Origin: Zootoca vivipara
Lineage: Eukaryota
NCBI RefSeq assembly: GCF_963506605.1
Contig: NC_083278.1
Location: 20,026,001-20,090,000 of the forward strand
Length of the DNA: 64,000 bases
Reading direction: 5' to 3'
Position numbers and translations under genes: made by a program. This document shows, in pieces, positions 1 to 12,670 of this stretch (positions within the stretch are counted from its first letter, which is position 1; the number at the start of each line of letters is the position of its first letter). Below the pieces are notes generated by a model that ran no database searches, was not told the DNA's origin, and worked only from the letters and a program-made list of their open reading frames with translations.

Positions 1-149
1 AGGAATACAGAGATGTAAAAGCAGGAAGATAGCTGGATGTTTGCAGTTCAGTGCATACATTCCATATTTTCAGCTTCTGTCAAGAGCTGGTTTTCTATTT
101 TTTTTTTAAAAAAAAAAACCTAGAGTGAATTCTACATGTTCATAAGTAC

Positions 150-2979
150 AGTGCTCTCTCCTTCAGGTCCTTCCCATAGAGGTTGTGCTTTGCTGCGATG
201 TAGTTGAGAATAGCTCGCGTCTGCACCATCTTCATCCCATCCATTTCCACCATGGGCACTTGCTGAAACAGGAGCTGTCCATCTTTAAAAAATGGGGGGC
301 AGGGGCGGGATAAATGATTCAGTCCTTACCAACTTAAGTAGCCTAAACCAATACTTCAGATCGATTCAGACTGCCTTCTTTGAAAGTTAAAAATGGTGTA
401 TTAAGTCTCCGATACAGATCACATATTTGCAGAGCAACTTTCTCCAGGAAAATCTGCCTCCCTTTTGGTTTGTGCAGCTCAAAAAGGAACATGGAAAGGC
501 ATCGTTTTATTTCCACCCTGCATTTGTTCCATGCACTATTTCTATTCTGTTCATTGTTGGTGCAATTTTCATGACTTACATAACTCATTGTGTAAATCAC
601 ATTGTCGTTATCTTATGCCATCTCATTCCTTCTAATGCAAAGGAAACACAACACAAATGTGTGTCTCTGTGTGTATACCATCTCATGTGTGTATACATTG
701 TTTCAAATTGTTTTTAATGTTGTGTTTCAGTGTTGTAACCCACCCTGAGACCTTATGGTAAAGGGTAGGAAATGAATGAATGAATGAATGAATGAATGAA
801 TGGCACAATCATTTATTTATTGTCTGTGGACAGAAAGCAACAACAGTGCATACCAATCATAGAATTGTAGAGTTGGAAGGGACCTTGAGGATCATTTTGT
901 CCAAAACCCCTGCAATGCAGGAATATGTAGCTGTCCCACACGGGGAACCTACAACCTTGGGTTTATCAGCACCTTGCTCTAACCAACTAAGCTATCCAGG
1001 CTCAATCACATAAGCTGGATTGATTTCTCTTCTGGACAAGAGACAAATAAGCAAACACTGGCAATTTCCCCTCCCATTTCCACTTTGCTTGAAATTCTTC
1101 AACATCCCTAAATCCAAATTCCCTATTGTTTTTTTCCAGTTCAAGGGAAGACTGGACCAATTTCACCCCTGAAAATGCCTATGTGTAGACATTGACATGG
1201 ACCCCAGGACAAAGTGGTTTTTATTTTTAACAGATTCAGTCAATATAGAGTCAGTCTTTAAAACAGTCGCATGTGGGCAACACTTTCACCTATAGACTTA
1301 CCATTCCGTAATTTTTCTAAGTCTTCCTTTTTCTCTATAAATTCTTCTTCAAACTGAAACAAAGCAGCCAAATAAAAAAAAATTATCCTAACTTTACAAG
1401 TCTTTGCTGACCTTGCAGAGAATAATTAACAGATACTTATCTTTTATTTTAGTTTAAGAGCAGCTGATGCTTCTTGGAATTTTTGAAAAACTACAAGATA
1501 CAGTACAGCTTTTAAATTTCATTTTTTCCCCTCAATCTGTACCCTTCATTTGAATTGATTTCTATTATAGAAGTGATGGTTGGGTGAAAATGGTCTCTTT
1601 GTCTTTGCAGAAATCATATGCTCAGACTCTACACAATGCAGATTTTCTTTACTATTTTTATTTTCATTGTGCAGATTAGCCACGCTATTCATATAACCAT
1701 ATTCCTAAAAATGGCTTCCAAAGACAAGCCATTCAACCCATTGAAATAAGACCCAGACGGAGGACTCTGAACCATTGCCAGACATCCAATTCCCCTTGGC
1801 CCTCTCTCTGTAGCTGTAGAATACAGTTGTACCTTGGAAGTCGAACGCCTTGCGAATTGAACGTTTTGGGCAGTTTGCGAACGTTCTTTGGAACCCGAAC
1901 GTCCAACGTGGGTTCTGCATCTTCCTGCAGCCAATTGGAAGCCACGCCTTGGTTCCCAAATGTTTTGGAAGTCAAACAAACTTCCGGAACCGATTCCGTT
2001 CAACTTCTGAGGTATGACTGTATTATGATTCCCCTCTCTTACTGGTGACATTTCTATTATGTTGGAAATTATAAATTCTAAAATATAGTGGTACCTCAGG
2101 TTAAAAACTTAATTTGTTCCGGAGGTCCGTTCTTAACCTGAAACCGTTCTTAACCTGAGGTACCACTTTAGCTAATGGGGCCTCCCGCTGCCGCTGCGCT
2201 GCCACCACACGATTTCTGTTCTCATCCTGAAGCAAAGTTCTTAACCCGAGGTACTATTTCTGGGTTAGTGGAGTCAGTAACCTGAAGCGTCTGTAACCCG
2301 AGGTACCACTGTATAGCTATGGGTTCCCTAGCAGATGATTGATGCTGCAATCCTATATCCACTGAGAGCAACTCACATCTAAGTGAACATGCATTGGCTT
2401 CCGCTGTATGATTCAACATGAAAAATTGCTCTTTTAATTGGCAACCAAAGTGTTTGCTTCCCGGGGAAATATAGGAAATATCCGTATTTCCTATACAGTG
2501 TATGAGGGCCTAGAATTGAGAAAACCACACCCTTAAAAGTGGGTGGAAATTGGCTTCACTGCTTGAGTGACATAAGCAGAAGCATATATTTTTTTTAATT
2601 AATTTTTATTAAGGGTTTTCATGGTATACAGAGGTGGAGCAGAAGCATATTTTTGAAAGACTACACTCTATTTCTTCATATGCTTCAGTTGTTTTCCTGA
2701 GCTGAAGCGCGCACACACACATATATAAATGCATGTAAGAACATATACAGGCACATATGCACACACAGAGTTATGTTGATAAGACACCTGTGGCATCTTC
2801 TACTTCCTGTGCAGAAGAGGCCATTTATTTTGGCCATTGTTGGTTCATCCACCCAGCATTGCCCCGCCTCTTCCTTTCATGGGTACACAAACCTCCACGC
2901 CGGCTGCTGCAAGCAGCCAACGGATGGATTCCATCTTCCCTCTCCCTCGAGCATAGTGCAATTTGGGTTTCCCAGCCAT
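150..2979 (-). CDS. Glutathione S-transferase alpha class, paralog a (partial; coding exons 2-4, remainder off left edge)
   Basis: Exons 2893-2979 (87 bp, [29 protein letters not shown]), 1302-1353 (52 bp, [17 protein letters not shown]), 150-282 (133 bp, [45 protein letters not shown]). GT/AG boundaries; exon sizes match the other two paralogs; Tyr9 present. Confidence 0.95.
856..997 (-). mobile_element. tRNA-derived SINE with CR1-type 3' tail
   Basis: Minus strand: TAGCTTAGTTGGTTAGAGC A-box-like head, ending ...CCTTCCAACTCTACAATTCTATGATT. Confidence 0.7.
1824..2020. mobile_element. Tc1/mariner-Tigger-type MITE
   Basis: Imperfect TIRs CAGTTGTACCT / AGGTATGACTG flanked by TA. Confidence 0.7.
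2086..2311. mobile_element. Tc1/mariner-Tigger-type MITE
   Basis: TIR (C)AGTGGTACCTC / GAGGTACCACTG, TA TSD; same family as 23947-24209 in opposite orientation. Confidence 0.8.
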
Positions 2980-5900
2980 CGTTTGGGTAGTCTTCTGCTC
3001 TGTCAAGCACAACACAATTGGCTAAACAGCTTCACAGTAGATCAGTATTGGGGACTGTCCTAAAAATGGAAGCGGGAGAAAGATGCATTAGAATAGGGGG
3101 AAAGGACCATGAGTCAAACAGGCAGAACATTCAGGGTCGAAAGTGTTGGGATACAACTCAGCTTGTACTAAAGGCTGGTAGGTTTGCACACATTATTGTG
3201 GTTAAGATTTGATAGATAGAAGAGAGGGTGCAGCAGAAGGAGAGAAACAAAAACTCCATGGAAAGAGATGTGGGAAGCTGACAAAAATATGAGATTGTGT
3301 TTTGATTGTACAGTATATGTTAAAAATGTTGAAATGTAATACAATATAATCCAAAAAAAAGGAGGAAAGCTTCAAGCTTCCTAGCTTCTTCTTTAACCTG
3401 ACCTATCCTCTGGTTCTCGACTGATCCTCTCATGGTTGCTGACCTTATTTTCCTACTTCTTCAACCTAACCTTGGGAGGTGAGACATCTTTATATGTTTC
3501 TCCTGCTGAAAACAAAGAACAAGTGAGGCTCCTTGCAACCTGTGTTAGACAGAAGTACGATCTTTCCTATCAATAAGTATTTATTTCCATTAACCAACAT
3601 GGCTTTCTTATTTTCCTAAACTCATCGAGTCTCAGTGCAAATTCATCGAAGGTAAAACATGCTCCGCCAAAACAGAGATTTATTGTTAAGCTCAACTTCT
3701 GCAGTTAATCTCCAACTCCCATGCTTCAGCAGGTAGACTTTCCCCCACTACTTTAGCTTCATGCTGAGGGTGAAATTTATTCATTGGGTTTTTGCCTCTT
3801 GTGAAGCTGTTCAATGCACAAAGCACCAGCAGCAACCTCACCAATTGTCTATTTTCTGGCCTTGGAGGATGAGGGTGCATGACTAAGCAGAACAGCCTTA
3901 AAACTGAGGTGTTGAACAATTCCACACACGTCTGGTTCTCCACTGTTGTTGTTTTTTTGAAAATTGTTTTTGGATCTTTACACAGAGTAAACTATGCCCC
4001 CAATCCAACTTTTTGTAGTCTGATGCCACAGATGCTGCTCTTTCCTTGTCCCTCTTCCAGATTTGGATTGGTTGGGGAGAGGGTCAGAAAGAATCTCTCT
4101 GGGGGCCACCTGTAATTTTAGAGGCTTCCGACTGAGGATTTTAGCACATTGTAGCATGACATTGCAATAAGTTAACCATTTACCAGAAGTACTGTATACA
4201 TGTATGATTCATAGGAATAGCTATCGCAACTAGATTGCCAACTTCTGAACAACTTCTGCCAAGCAAGCACTTTTATTTAGATAACCATGTCACGGACTCT
4301 CTCCAAGCTTTAAAGAAGATTGTTAATTTTGCAAGTCTGCTATTGTAATCGATCCTATATGTTTGGCAGTTATAGACATTTTCTTTCCAAAGTGTGTAAC
4401 GAGAATCACAATGCTCCATAATGAGTGGTTGGTGTGGGAATGAAGAGGACTAGAAATTTTCCTTCCGATGGGCGTAGCCAGGATTCTTGTTAGAAGGGAG
4501 AGCAGCCAAAGTTATTGAGTTTTCTTTAGGAAATCATGAGTTTAAATACCCTGTAAATAGGACATTGCCGGGGGGGGGGCTTCTGTTGGGGGGAAGGTGG
4601 GCAGAACCTCAGATAACTGAGTCCTTTCAATGCTTTTCAATAATATTTGTGGACCTAGGGGTCCCCTTGACTATGTCCCCGCCTCCCCTTGACTATGCCC
4701 ATGTTTCCTTCCATCAACTTCCTTAATTTATCCTAGAACTGAAGTCTGATTTTGGTTGATCCTCCCATCCTGCAAGGGATAGGGAATTTCTCTTGAGTTA
4801 ACCTGCCTTAGGATCCAAGTCAATATGAACATCAAAGCTCCTCTCTTTTCTTGGCACTGCAAATGCAAGGCGGGCAAAGCATAACCAGCCCTCTTAAAAC
4901 TGATAATAATTTTCAGTCCTAGCCCAGGCGTAAGTGTGTTCACTAAGAAAGTGTACCACTAGAACTAGCTACTCTCAAGTGTGCGCACAAAGTTTCACAG
5001 CATTAGAGCACATTATTTTTAAACTTCTTAATCCGCAGAGGTGACTGCTGCCATCTAGGAGCGTCTATTCTTGGCAGCCAGAGCACCAGAAAACCCGACA
5101 GCTTTTCTCTCACTCTGCCCCACTGACAAAGCAATGGGCTTTCTTGTTGAATTTCTGGCTACCGTGCAGTTACAGTACAATAGTCCTTCCAGGGAAATCC
5201 CACCCCTGTCTCCTGATATGCTATTAATGTAAGCTTGTTCCTGCAATGCTTCATTTTCTGGACTCCTCCTGCTTATCCCCCCAGACCTCAAAATGGTGGG
5301 TGTTGTTCTCTTTATCCAGCCACTGCCTGCTCCTCTTCCCACCTACCATTTTTCACATCTCAGAAGAGCAACCTCTAGTTCTTTCAACTTCTCCGTTTGC
5401 AGTTATCCCACAGTATTTCCTTTCCCCTATCCAACTTGCTGACCCAACTAATTGCCCCTGTTGTCTTTCAAGATTCTACATCTACGTCTCAAACCCCCTT
5501 TCCCCTTCGTCTGCGCTGCAAGCTAGCAAAGTGCAGCCATGGTGGAGTTTCTTTTACACAGCCAATCTACTTTGCTTCTTTTCACCCTTTCCTTTCCTGC
5601 TGGGAAAATAGCATCCAGCTTCTTCTTGCAGCTTCCCTGCCACCCCCTCAGCTGCCGCTTCAGCTGCCTGCTGCCTTCATTTCCCTTCTGCCCCTTCCTC
5701 TCTTTTCAACACCCGACCCTTCTGCTTTCTAAAAGCCCCCTGCTTCTCCATAGCTCATCTCCACTAAAATCTAAGTGTAACCGAATTGCTTTTAAGGTGT
5801 GCCAAACAAACTGGATAGAAATGCCAATTCACCACCTTTGTTCCTCACCCCTGTTTTCAATTATTACCAGATGACAGTGTGTAAGTATCCCCCCCCTCCC

Positions 5901-6536
5901 GCTCTCCCAGTACTAACCTCCAACCAAACCTGAATCCACTTCCAGGGTCTAGGCAAAAGAAACTGAGCTCTGCCTTTTATTTGCTCGTTATTTGCTCCCT
6001 TCTCTGAAGATTTGCATCTAGGAGAAGATAAAGCTGCTGCTGCTGAACAAGTCCAAGAAGTTTTGCCTGGCTTGTGAATTAGGGTGGGTGGTTTCCCTTG
6101 CCCACCCTTTTGCCAAGGGGGAGGAGGAAGGGTCCCCAGGGCCAGTGCTGAGTTACAGCTTTTTCACATTCCTGAAGCGTAGCTATGCTACTCTGTTACA
6201 TAGCATAGCACAGCACAGCACAGCACAAAAGACCCTTGTGGAAAGTTTTAAAAATACTGTACTGTACCAAATATATGTGTCCACACAGAGAAACAAATAT
6301 TTCTATGCTAAAGTCACACGGACACTGGGAAAAAACCTCTAGTCTATTAATCGTCAATGCACAAGGCACTTTTTGTTCTACTATTTACTTTATCTGCAAA
6401 ATTCTGAAAGATTAGCCCAGCTCAAATGGATTATTTTCTGCTCACAGAATCTGACTCCTCACACATACAGCATCTGTGGGCTATGATACTGTTATAGAGC
6501 CTGTTCGGGAATATTAGAATTTAATAAACAGGAGTA

Positions 6537-6783
6537 CCCTGTTTCCCCGAAAATAAGACATACCCATAAAATAAGCCGTAGCAGGATTTCTACGCATTTG
6601 TGCAATATAAGCCATACCCCGAAAATAAGACATATTGATAGGCGCAATTCTGGAGGGCGCCAAGGATGAGGCGAGGCTGGACACGTAATTAAAAAATAAG
6701 ACATCCCCTGAAAATAAGCCATAGTGTGTCTTCTTGAGGAAAAATAAATATAAGACAAGTGTCTTATTTTCGGGGAAACACGG
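6537..6783. mobile_element. Tc1/mariner-type MITE
   Basis: TIR CC(C/G)TGTTTCCCCGAAAATAAGAC, TA TSD, internal AAAATAAG repeats. Confidence 0.8.
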
Positions 6784-6973
6784 TAATTAGGTAATATTGG
6801 GGATAGGAAGGGAAAATATAATCTGCAGAAATTGTGCCAGACAAAGAAACACAACCTTGGGTAAATGCCTTCAACGCCTGGAATCTCACACTGCTTGGCG
6901 ATTGGGTGGCATGTAGAGATATTTTACACTAGAGTTTTGTGATCTCCTGACTTGGGTGAAAGTTAGTATAAGA

Positions 6974-7109
6974 CAGGCATCCCCAAACTTCAGCCCTCCA
7001 GATGTTTTGGACTATAATTCCCATCTTCCCCGACCACTGGTCCTGTTAGCTAGGGATTATGGGAGTTGTAGGCCAAAACATCTGGAGGGCCGCAGTTTGG
7101 GGATGCCTG
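6974..7109. mobile_element. hAT (Charlie-like) MITE
   Basis: TIR CAGGCATCCCCAAACT, 8-bp TSD GTATAAGA. Confidence 0.88.
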
Positions 7110-7252
7110 GTATAAGACTTTTAAGATAAGGCTCATCAGATGCTCAAGTTTTGAGTTCCTACTGCAAGGGATTTCCGGTTTGTACCAGCGAGGAATAGAT
7201 GTTTAGAGCTCGAGCTTGAGCTCCCGGAGAGCCATCTGATTTATGGTTTTGC

Positions 7253-7641
7253 AGCCCATATAACACCGGTCCTGAAAGACCTACATTGGCTCCCAGTATG
7301 TCTCCAAGCACAATTCAAAGTGTTGGTGCTGACCTTTGGCCTCCACTCCCATTGTTCAGCCTAGACTCTGAGAGCTTTCTGGTGGTTCCCTCACTGTGTG
7401 AAGTGAGGTTACAGGGAACCAGGCAGAGGGCCTTCTCGGTAGTGGCACCCACCCTGTGGAACGCCCTCCCATCAGATGTTAAGGAAATAAACAACGATCT
7501 GACTTTTAGAAGACATCTGAAGGCAACCCTGTTTAGGGAAGTTTTTAATGTTTGATGTTTTATCATGTTTTTAATATTCTATTGTGAGCTGTCCAGTGTG
7601 GCTGGGGAAACACAGCCAGATGGGCAGGGTATCAATAATAA

Positions 7642-7674
<33 letters not shown>

Positions 7675-7675
7675 G
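7253..7675 (+). mobile_element. L2 LINE 3' fragment with (TTG)n tail
   Basis: HITPVLKDLHWLP and RAFSVVAPTLWNALP L2 ORF2 motifs. Confidence 0.85.
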
Positions 7676-9262
7676 AGTAGACTCACCCAGTGCTGCAGCT
7701 GGGGGTGGAACAAGCCAGAGGGGGGCCATCGAGTGTCCCAGCCTTTGTGTGTATGTATGCAGGAGAGATGGGTATCTCTCTTGTTTGGCATCAAACAAAC
7801 AGGCGCAGGTTTGTTTATATACTATTTATTTATATACTGCTTAATTATGGGGTATTGTTTGGCCTGTCCTGAGCTTGTCATGAACTGAGGATATATACAT
7901 CTGACATAATATGACAAGCTTGGAAAGAAAATGGGAGCATGAGTCAAATGCCAATTACCCCAATTTCAAAAATTAAAAGGAAGGGTCAACTGGAGAATCT
8001 TACACCCAAAGCCTGTGTTGAGCATACAATTGTCTCTCTGCTTTATTGAGATTCAAGGGAAGAAAATACCCATAACCATATACTATATAACCAATACTAT
8101 AGGATAAGAGGAAAAATGAGGTAGACAGACGAAGATGACTGACTTTATTGAGCAGTATTTCCTGCTGAGCATGCATTTTCATCACTCACAGATCGACAGA
8201 CCACTCGCCCCATTGATGTGTCAACCATTGTTAGGAACAGTGAGCAACTTATGCAAAGTAGTTGCGTAAATAGTTGTTTGAATGAGGATTTTGGCAAAAT
8301 GAAAATGGAAGGCTTTTTAAATCACCCCCTATTAAAGCTCTGTCAAAAGCAGGGATTAAAAAAGTGATGGCTCAATTAAGAAGAGGGTTGGAAAGACTTT
8401 TCCTATTGAGCAGGTAATATTGGGTTATCATTATTCATTTTGTTATAGGATTAGCTCTGGACAAGTAAATGGCACTTATTCTGGAAATTAAAGAACTGGT
8501 AGCTGAGATAAAGAAAATGCTTGGTCAAATAGTAGGGCCGCTTGGCCGCTGGGGATTTCACCATCCCAAGGAAGAAAGAGGTCCTCCTGTTTGGGGCTAA
8601 CAGATGGATTTGATTTTCCCCCTGAGGCTGCTAATAAAATTAAAAATCTTACCCGTGAGGAATTATTGTTGAGCAAGGGTGTTATTTCTTTTGATCCAGT
8701 TCCAGACACAATCTCAGATGTGCCCTTTGTGGGTGGCCCTGCCGTGCTGCAGACAGTCGTCTACAGGTGGACCACAGACTATAAGGTCAGAGTTAAGAAT
8801 GGGAAAGAGAACCTCCGCACTATAGGAAAGAGGGTGGTGCGAGTGAAGAAATCATGGTTAAACCTAACCTCTTCTAAGATAGGTAGTAATAAAGGTAAGG
8901 ACAAAGCTCAAAAAGGCTGACAGGGTCAATTGTAACCCGCTCCCTTAAGATGATTGATTATATGGTTATGGCTAAATGTGATAAAGTGAAACAAGATAAA
9001 CAGAGGAGTGTATCAACCCAAGAGTCCCCTGGGGAGCGCGATAGGTCAGTCAGCAAATTTAAGGTCGATAGTGGTGAAGTGAGAGGACCTATATACAAAT
9101 GAATTCTGTCAAGGAATTAGCAGTAAGGAAAAGAGTTGACTGCAATGTTCAGCAGCCATCAAGAGAGCTTCAACTAATTGAGGTTTCAAGTCGTTCAAAG
9201 TCTGACTTAAAGCAATCAGAACCCAATTTGAACTGATATATCAATCAGGGTATATCTGTATG

Positions 9263-9394
9263 CAGGGCTCCCCCCCCCCAAAAGCTGGAACTCAGTTCCA
9301 GCACCTCTCAGGTGGGCACCATTGCCATTACAAAAGAACAAGGGAGGTGTTCATGGTGAGCTCTGGCACCTCTTTTTCTAGAAAAATAGCACTG
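9263..9394. mobile_element. Short MITE (related copy at 29155-29273)
   Basis: CAGGGCT...GTTCATGGTGAGCTC...AAAAATAGCACTG shared between the two loci. Confidence 0.6.
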
Positions 9395-11070
9395 GCGGTA
9401 CTTATTGATGAAATGGGAGGATTGGGCTGATCTTAGTTTGATAGGATGAATCATGAAAAGTTGTGGTTAAAACTTTGGAACTAAAACATAAACTGTCATT
9501 TATTTGCACTTATTAGGATATTATACTTTGAAATGTGTGTGAGAGTGAGAGTAGGTGTAATGATTTGCCACTTACGGTTACTATGATTTCATAGTCAATA
9601 ATGAAACTACAATTGTACAAGTGATAAACTTTATACGTACTCAAACTTTATATGTACGCAAAACCCAATTATTTTAGGCATGCACCTTTGGAAAGGGAGG
9701 TCAACATTCGAGCTCCATTGCAGGTCTATAATTGTATGTAGGTTACCTGTATGTGTCTAAATCTAATTCACAAAAGGCTTATCCATGAATGTGGGCCTCC
9801 TATGTGATTTAGACTTTTTGCAATAGAAATCCAGAGACAATGGTGTTTTAGATATGCAAGGAATAAAAGCGCCATACTAGAGCTTTGCTTATGCATCAGT
9901 AAGCATACTGAGTGGCCCACCACATCCATTTAATCAGAGGCTGAAGATACAGAAAGGGATGCAAGTATAGTTCTTGGCTAAATTAATGGTACAACAGTGA
10001 TGTGCTCCAGAACATCTCTACCTATAAAACAACCAAGTCAGGTTTGGGAGAAGTGCCTGTTGCCATGCGCTGCAGTGTGCTCCACCACCAAAGCACACAC
10101 ACATATAGATACACCATACACATGGGCGTTTTAAACCTTGGAGAGCTTTTGTTTTATACCAGGAATGGTCTCCAAAAACTGAGAACATTCCTTGAGGATA
10201 ACATGGTGGACTGGTAAAGAATTGATTGGGCATGAAATATAAAATCCCATTAGTATTACAGTAGTTGTATAGATAGATATTGTGTTTTAATGTTGTATTT
10301 ATATATATACAGTATGTATTGTATGGGTTGTATATTTTTTCTTTTTTTGGTGATTGATATGACCATGATGATTGAAGCAACAACAACAAACAATAAACAG
10401 AAACAGAGTTCTTATTGCCTGCATAATGTGTGCTTTAGCTGATAGTGTTTGCAAAAAATTATTTGAGTTGTTCTTGTAGAAACTCTTGTTATAAAGGAAT
10501 CAGGCTTTACTGAGGCTGTGCTCCAATTAAAAGAACAACGTGAAATGAGACAGTTCCCATTCAACTATTATGTCATCTGTTAAAAGTTAAGGACTCTTTT
10601 ATAACTTAGGACAACTTGCTGAGGCTAAACATTGTTTGGCCTAGCCTGTTTCTGGGTGGGAGATTGCTTGGAAACCAATGTGTGCTGCTTTAAGCTTTTT
10701 CATTGCATAACAATATAGAAAACAAAGAGAAGATAGAAAATTGCTGGCCAAGCAGAAAAAATTGCATAAGAACGTGTGTGTGTGTTTGCTAAATGTAGTT
10801 CTTTGAGTTGGTTTCTTCCCATGAATCTGTGCACGTACTTTAATACCGGTATGTAAGCTGAAAGCTGCTATAAGCTGGTGCAAAAATGTCTCAAATTCAT
10901 ATGCTGTCTTGCTTTTCATCTGTAAGGAATTGAAAGAAGTATCAATGGTCATCTAGTCTAGTTACATGTTGGTGCTGGAAATCCAGGCCTGTAGCAAATT
11001 TGCTGCTTTGGCCGGTCCGTCTAATTGCTGTAGAAGGCTATGAAAACAGGTCATTTTCTGGCAGGGAGTA

Positions 11071-11317
11071 AGTGGAACCTCGGTTTACACCTACCTCCGT
11101 TTCCGAACGCCTCCGTTTATGAACGCTGCGGACCCGGAAGTATTTACATCCGGGTTCCACATCATTGGATGCGCAGAAGCGATCGCAGCGCATGCGTGCA
11201 CAGAAGCGCTCTATTGGCGCTTCACGCACGCGCAGAAACATGCCTTCGGGGAGCGAACGCCTCGGCAAGCGGCCACCTCCGCGGAACGGTTTGCGGTCGC
11301 AAACCGAGGTTCCACTG
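11071..11317. mobile_element. Tigger-type MITE
   Basis: TIR AGTGGAACCTCGGTTT / AAACCGAGGTTCCACTG, TA flanks; CpG-rich, suggesting a young copy. Confidence 0.8.
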
Positions 11318-11908
11318 TACATTAATAGGATATATTTTGCTTGCCTCTGATCCAGCCCAACCATGCGCAGATCCCATCTCATTCCCATCACATCTATGCA
11401 AAGCACCGACAGGAACTAGGAACAGACATGTTATTCAACTAAAACATGGCACTGAAATACAAAGCTGTATAATGCTTTATTTCATTTTATTGTAGCACTA
11501 CACCATATCATACTTATCATGGAGGGCACTTCCGGCGGGGCTGGAGGAGGCGGGCAGCAGCTGGAGGGCGCTCCGCTGGCGGGGAGGAGGCTCCAGGCGC
11601 TTCACGGCATGGCGGTGAAGGTTGTCCCCAGTCTTGTGGTGTTTATCAATGCCTTTTTTGCTTGAGTTCATGGGAGCTGAACTGCAGCCTCCAAAAACCC
11701 ATATTGGCATTACAATTTGGTTCTGGCATCCCTATGCTAGTAGTGGCTTCCCTTTAGATACATTTAGGGAAAAGAGACAAGAAACAGTAGGCCTCTCTCA
11801 CCTTCAAGGGAATCCTTTTCTACCGGCTACCGGCTACCCTGTCCTCTTTGCTATGACCACCTTGCTTTTGCTTGGACAAATTTCGAGCACAGATGCTTGC
11901 ATGACTGG

Positions 11909-11910
<2 letters not shown>

Positions 11911-11992
<82 letters not shown>
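11911..11992. repeat. (TA)n(CA)n compound microsatellite
   Basis: Read directly. Confidence 0.95.
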
Positions 11993-11994
<2 letters not shown>

Positions 11995-12670
11995 TGAGCA
12001 TTTATGAATATGGAGATAGCTGCAAATGCATTCCTGTGAGTTTAAATAATGGCATCCAACATGACACAATTGATGGGAATGCTCATCTAAATTAGACTAC
12101 AGAGTAGCATTTTCCTGTCTAAAGTAACACTGTAAATTAATACAAAGTGATACTCAGAAATAAATTGATTCTAAGCAAAGGGAAAGGCCTCTGTTCTGAG
12201 GATTAGAGTACCCCTTGCCCCCGCAAACCTTTAGTACTCTGCTGGTAAGACGAAGAAAACCTTTGGGCAGAGGTGAGGTCTCTGGGGATTGTCCCTGTAC
12301 CAATCCTCTGTCCAGGGTGCTGCTCTTGATCTCTGGCTCTCCAAAGGAATTGTCTACCTTAGAATACTAACCTGCTGGAAGTCCTGCTGGACATGTGAAA
12401 GTTCTTCTGAAGCAGAGCGATGCCTGAACTTGTTTGGCTCAAGGTTATAAAAGCTCAGAAGCTCCACCTCCTGAGAGAAGATAACAGCCTATCTGTAGCA
12501 GAAACTCCCTACCAGTATTTTAAATAGAAAAAAGCCTTTGTAACTTTGCCTTTCGTAAGAGTTTTCACCTACAATCAATCAATCAATCAGTTAACTAAAA
12601 TGGGATTGGTTCACTCATGCTTGTATTATATAATATGATGCAACTCAGTTTTGGGTAAATCTATGCAGGT

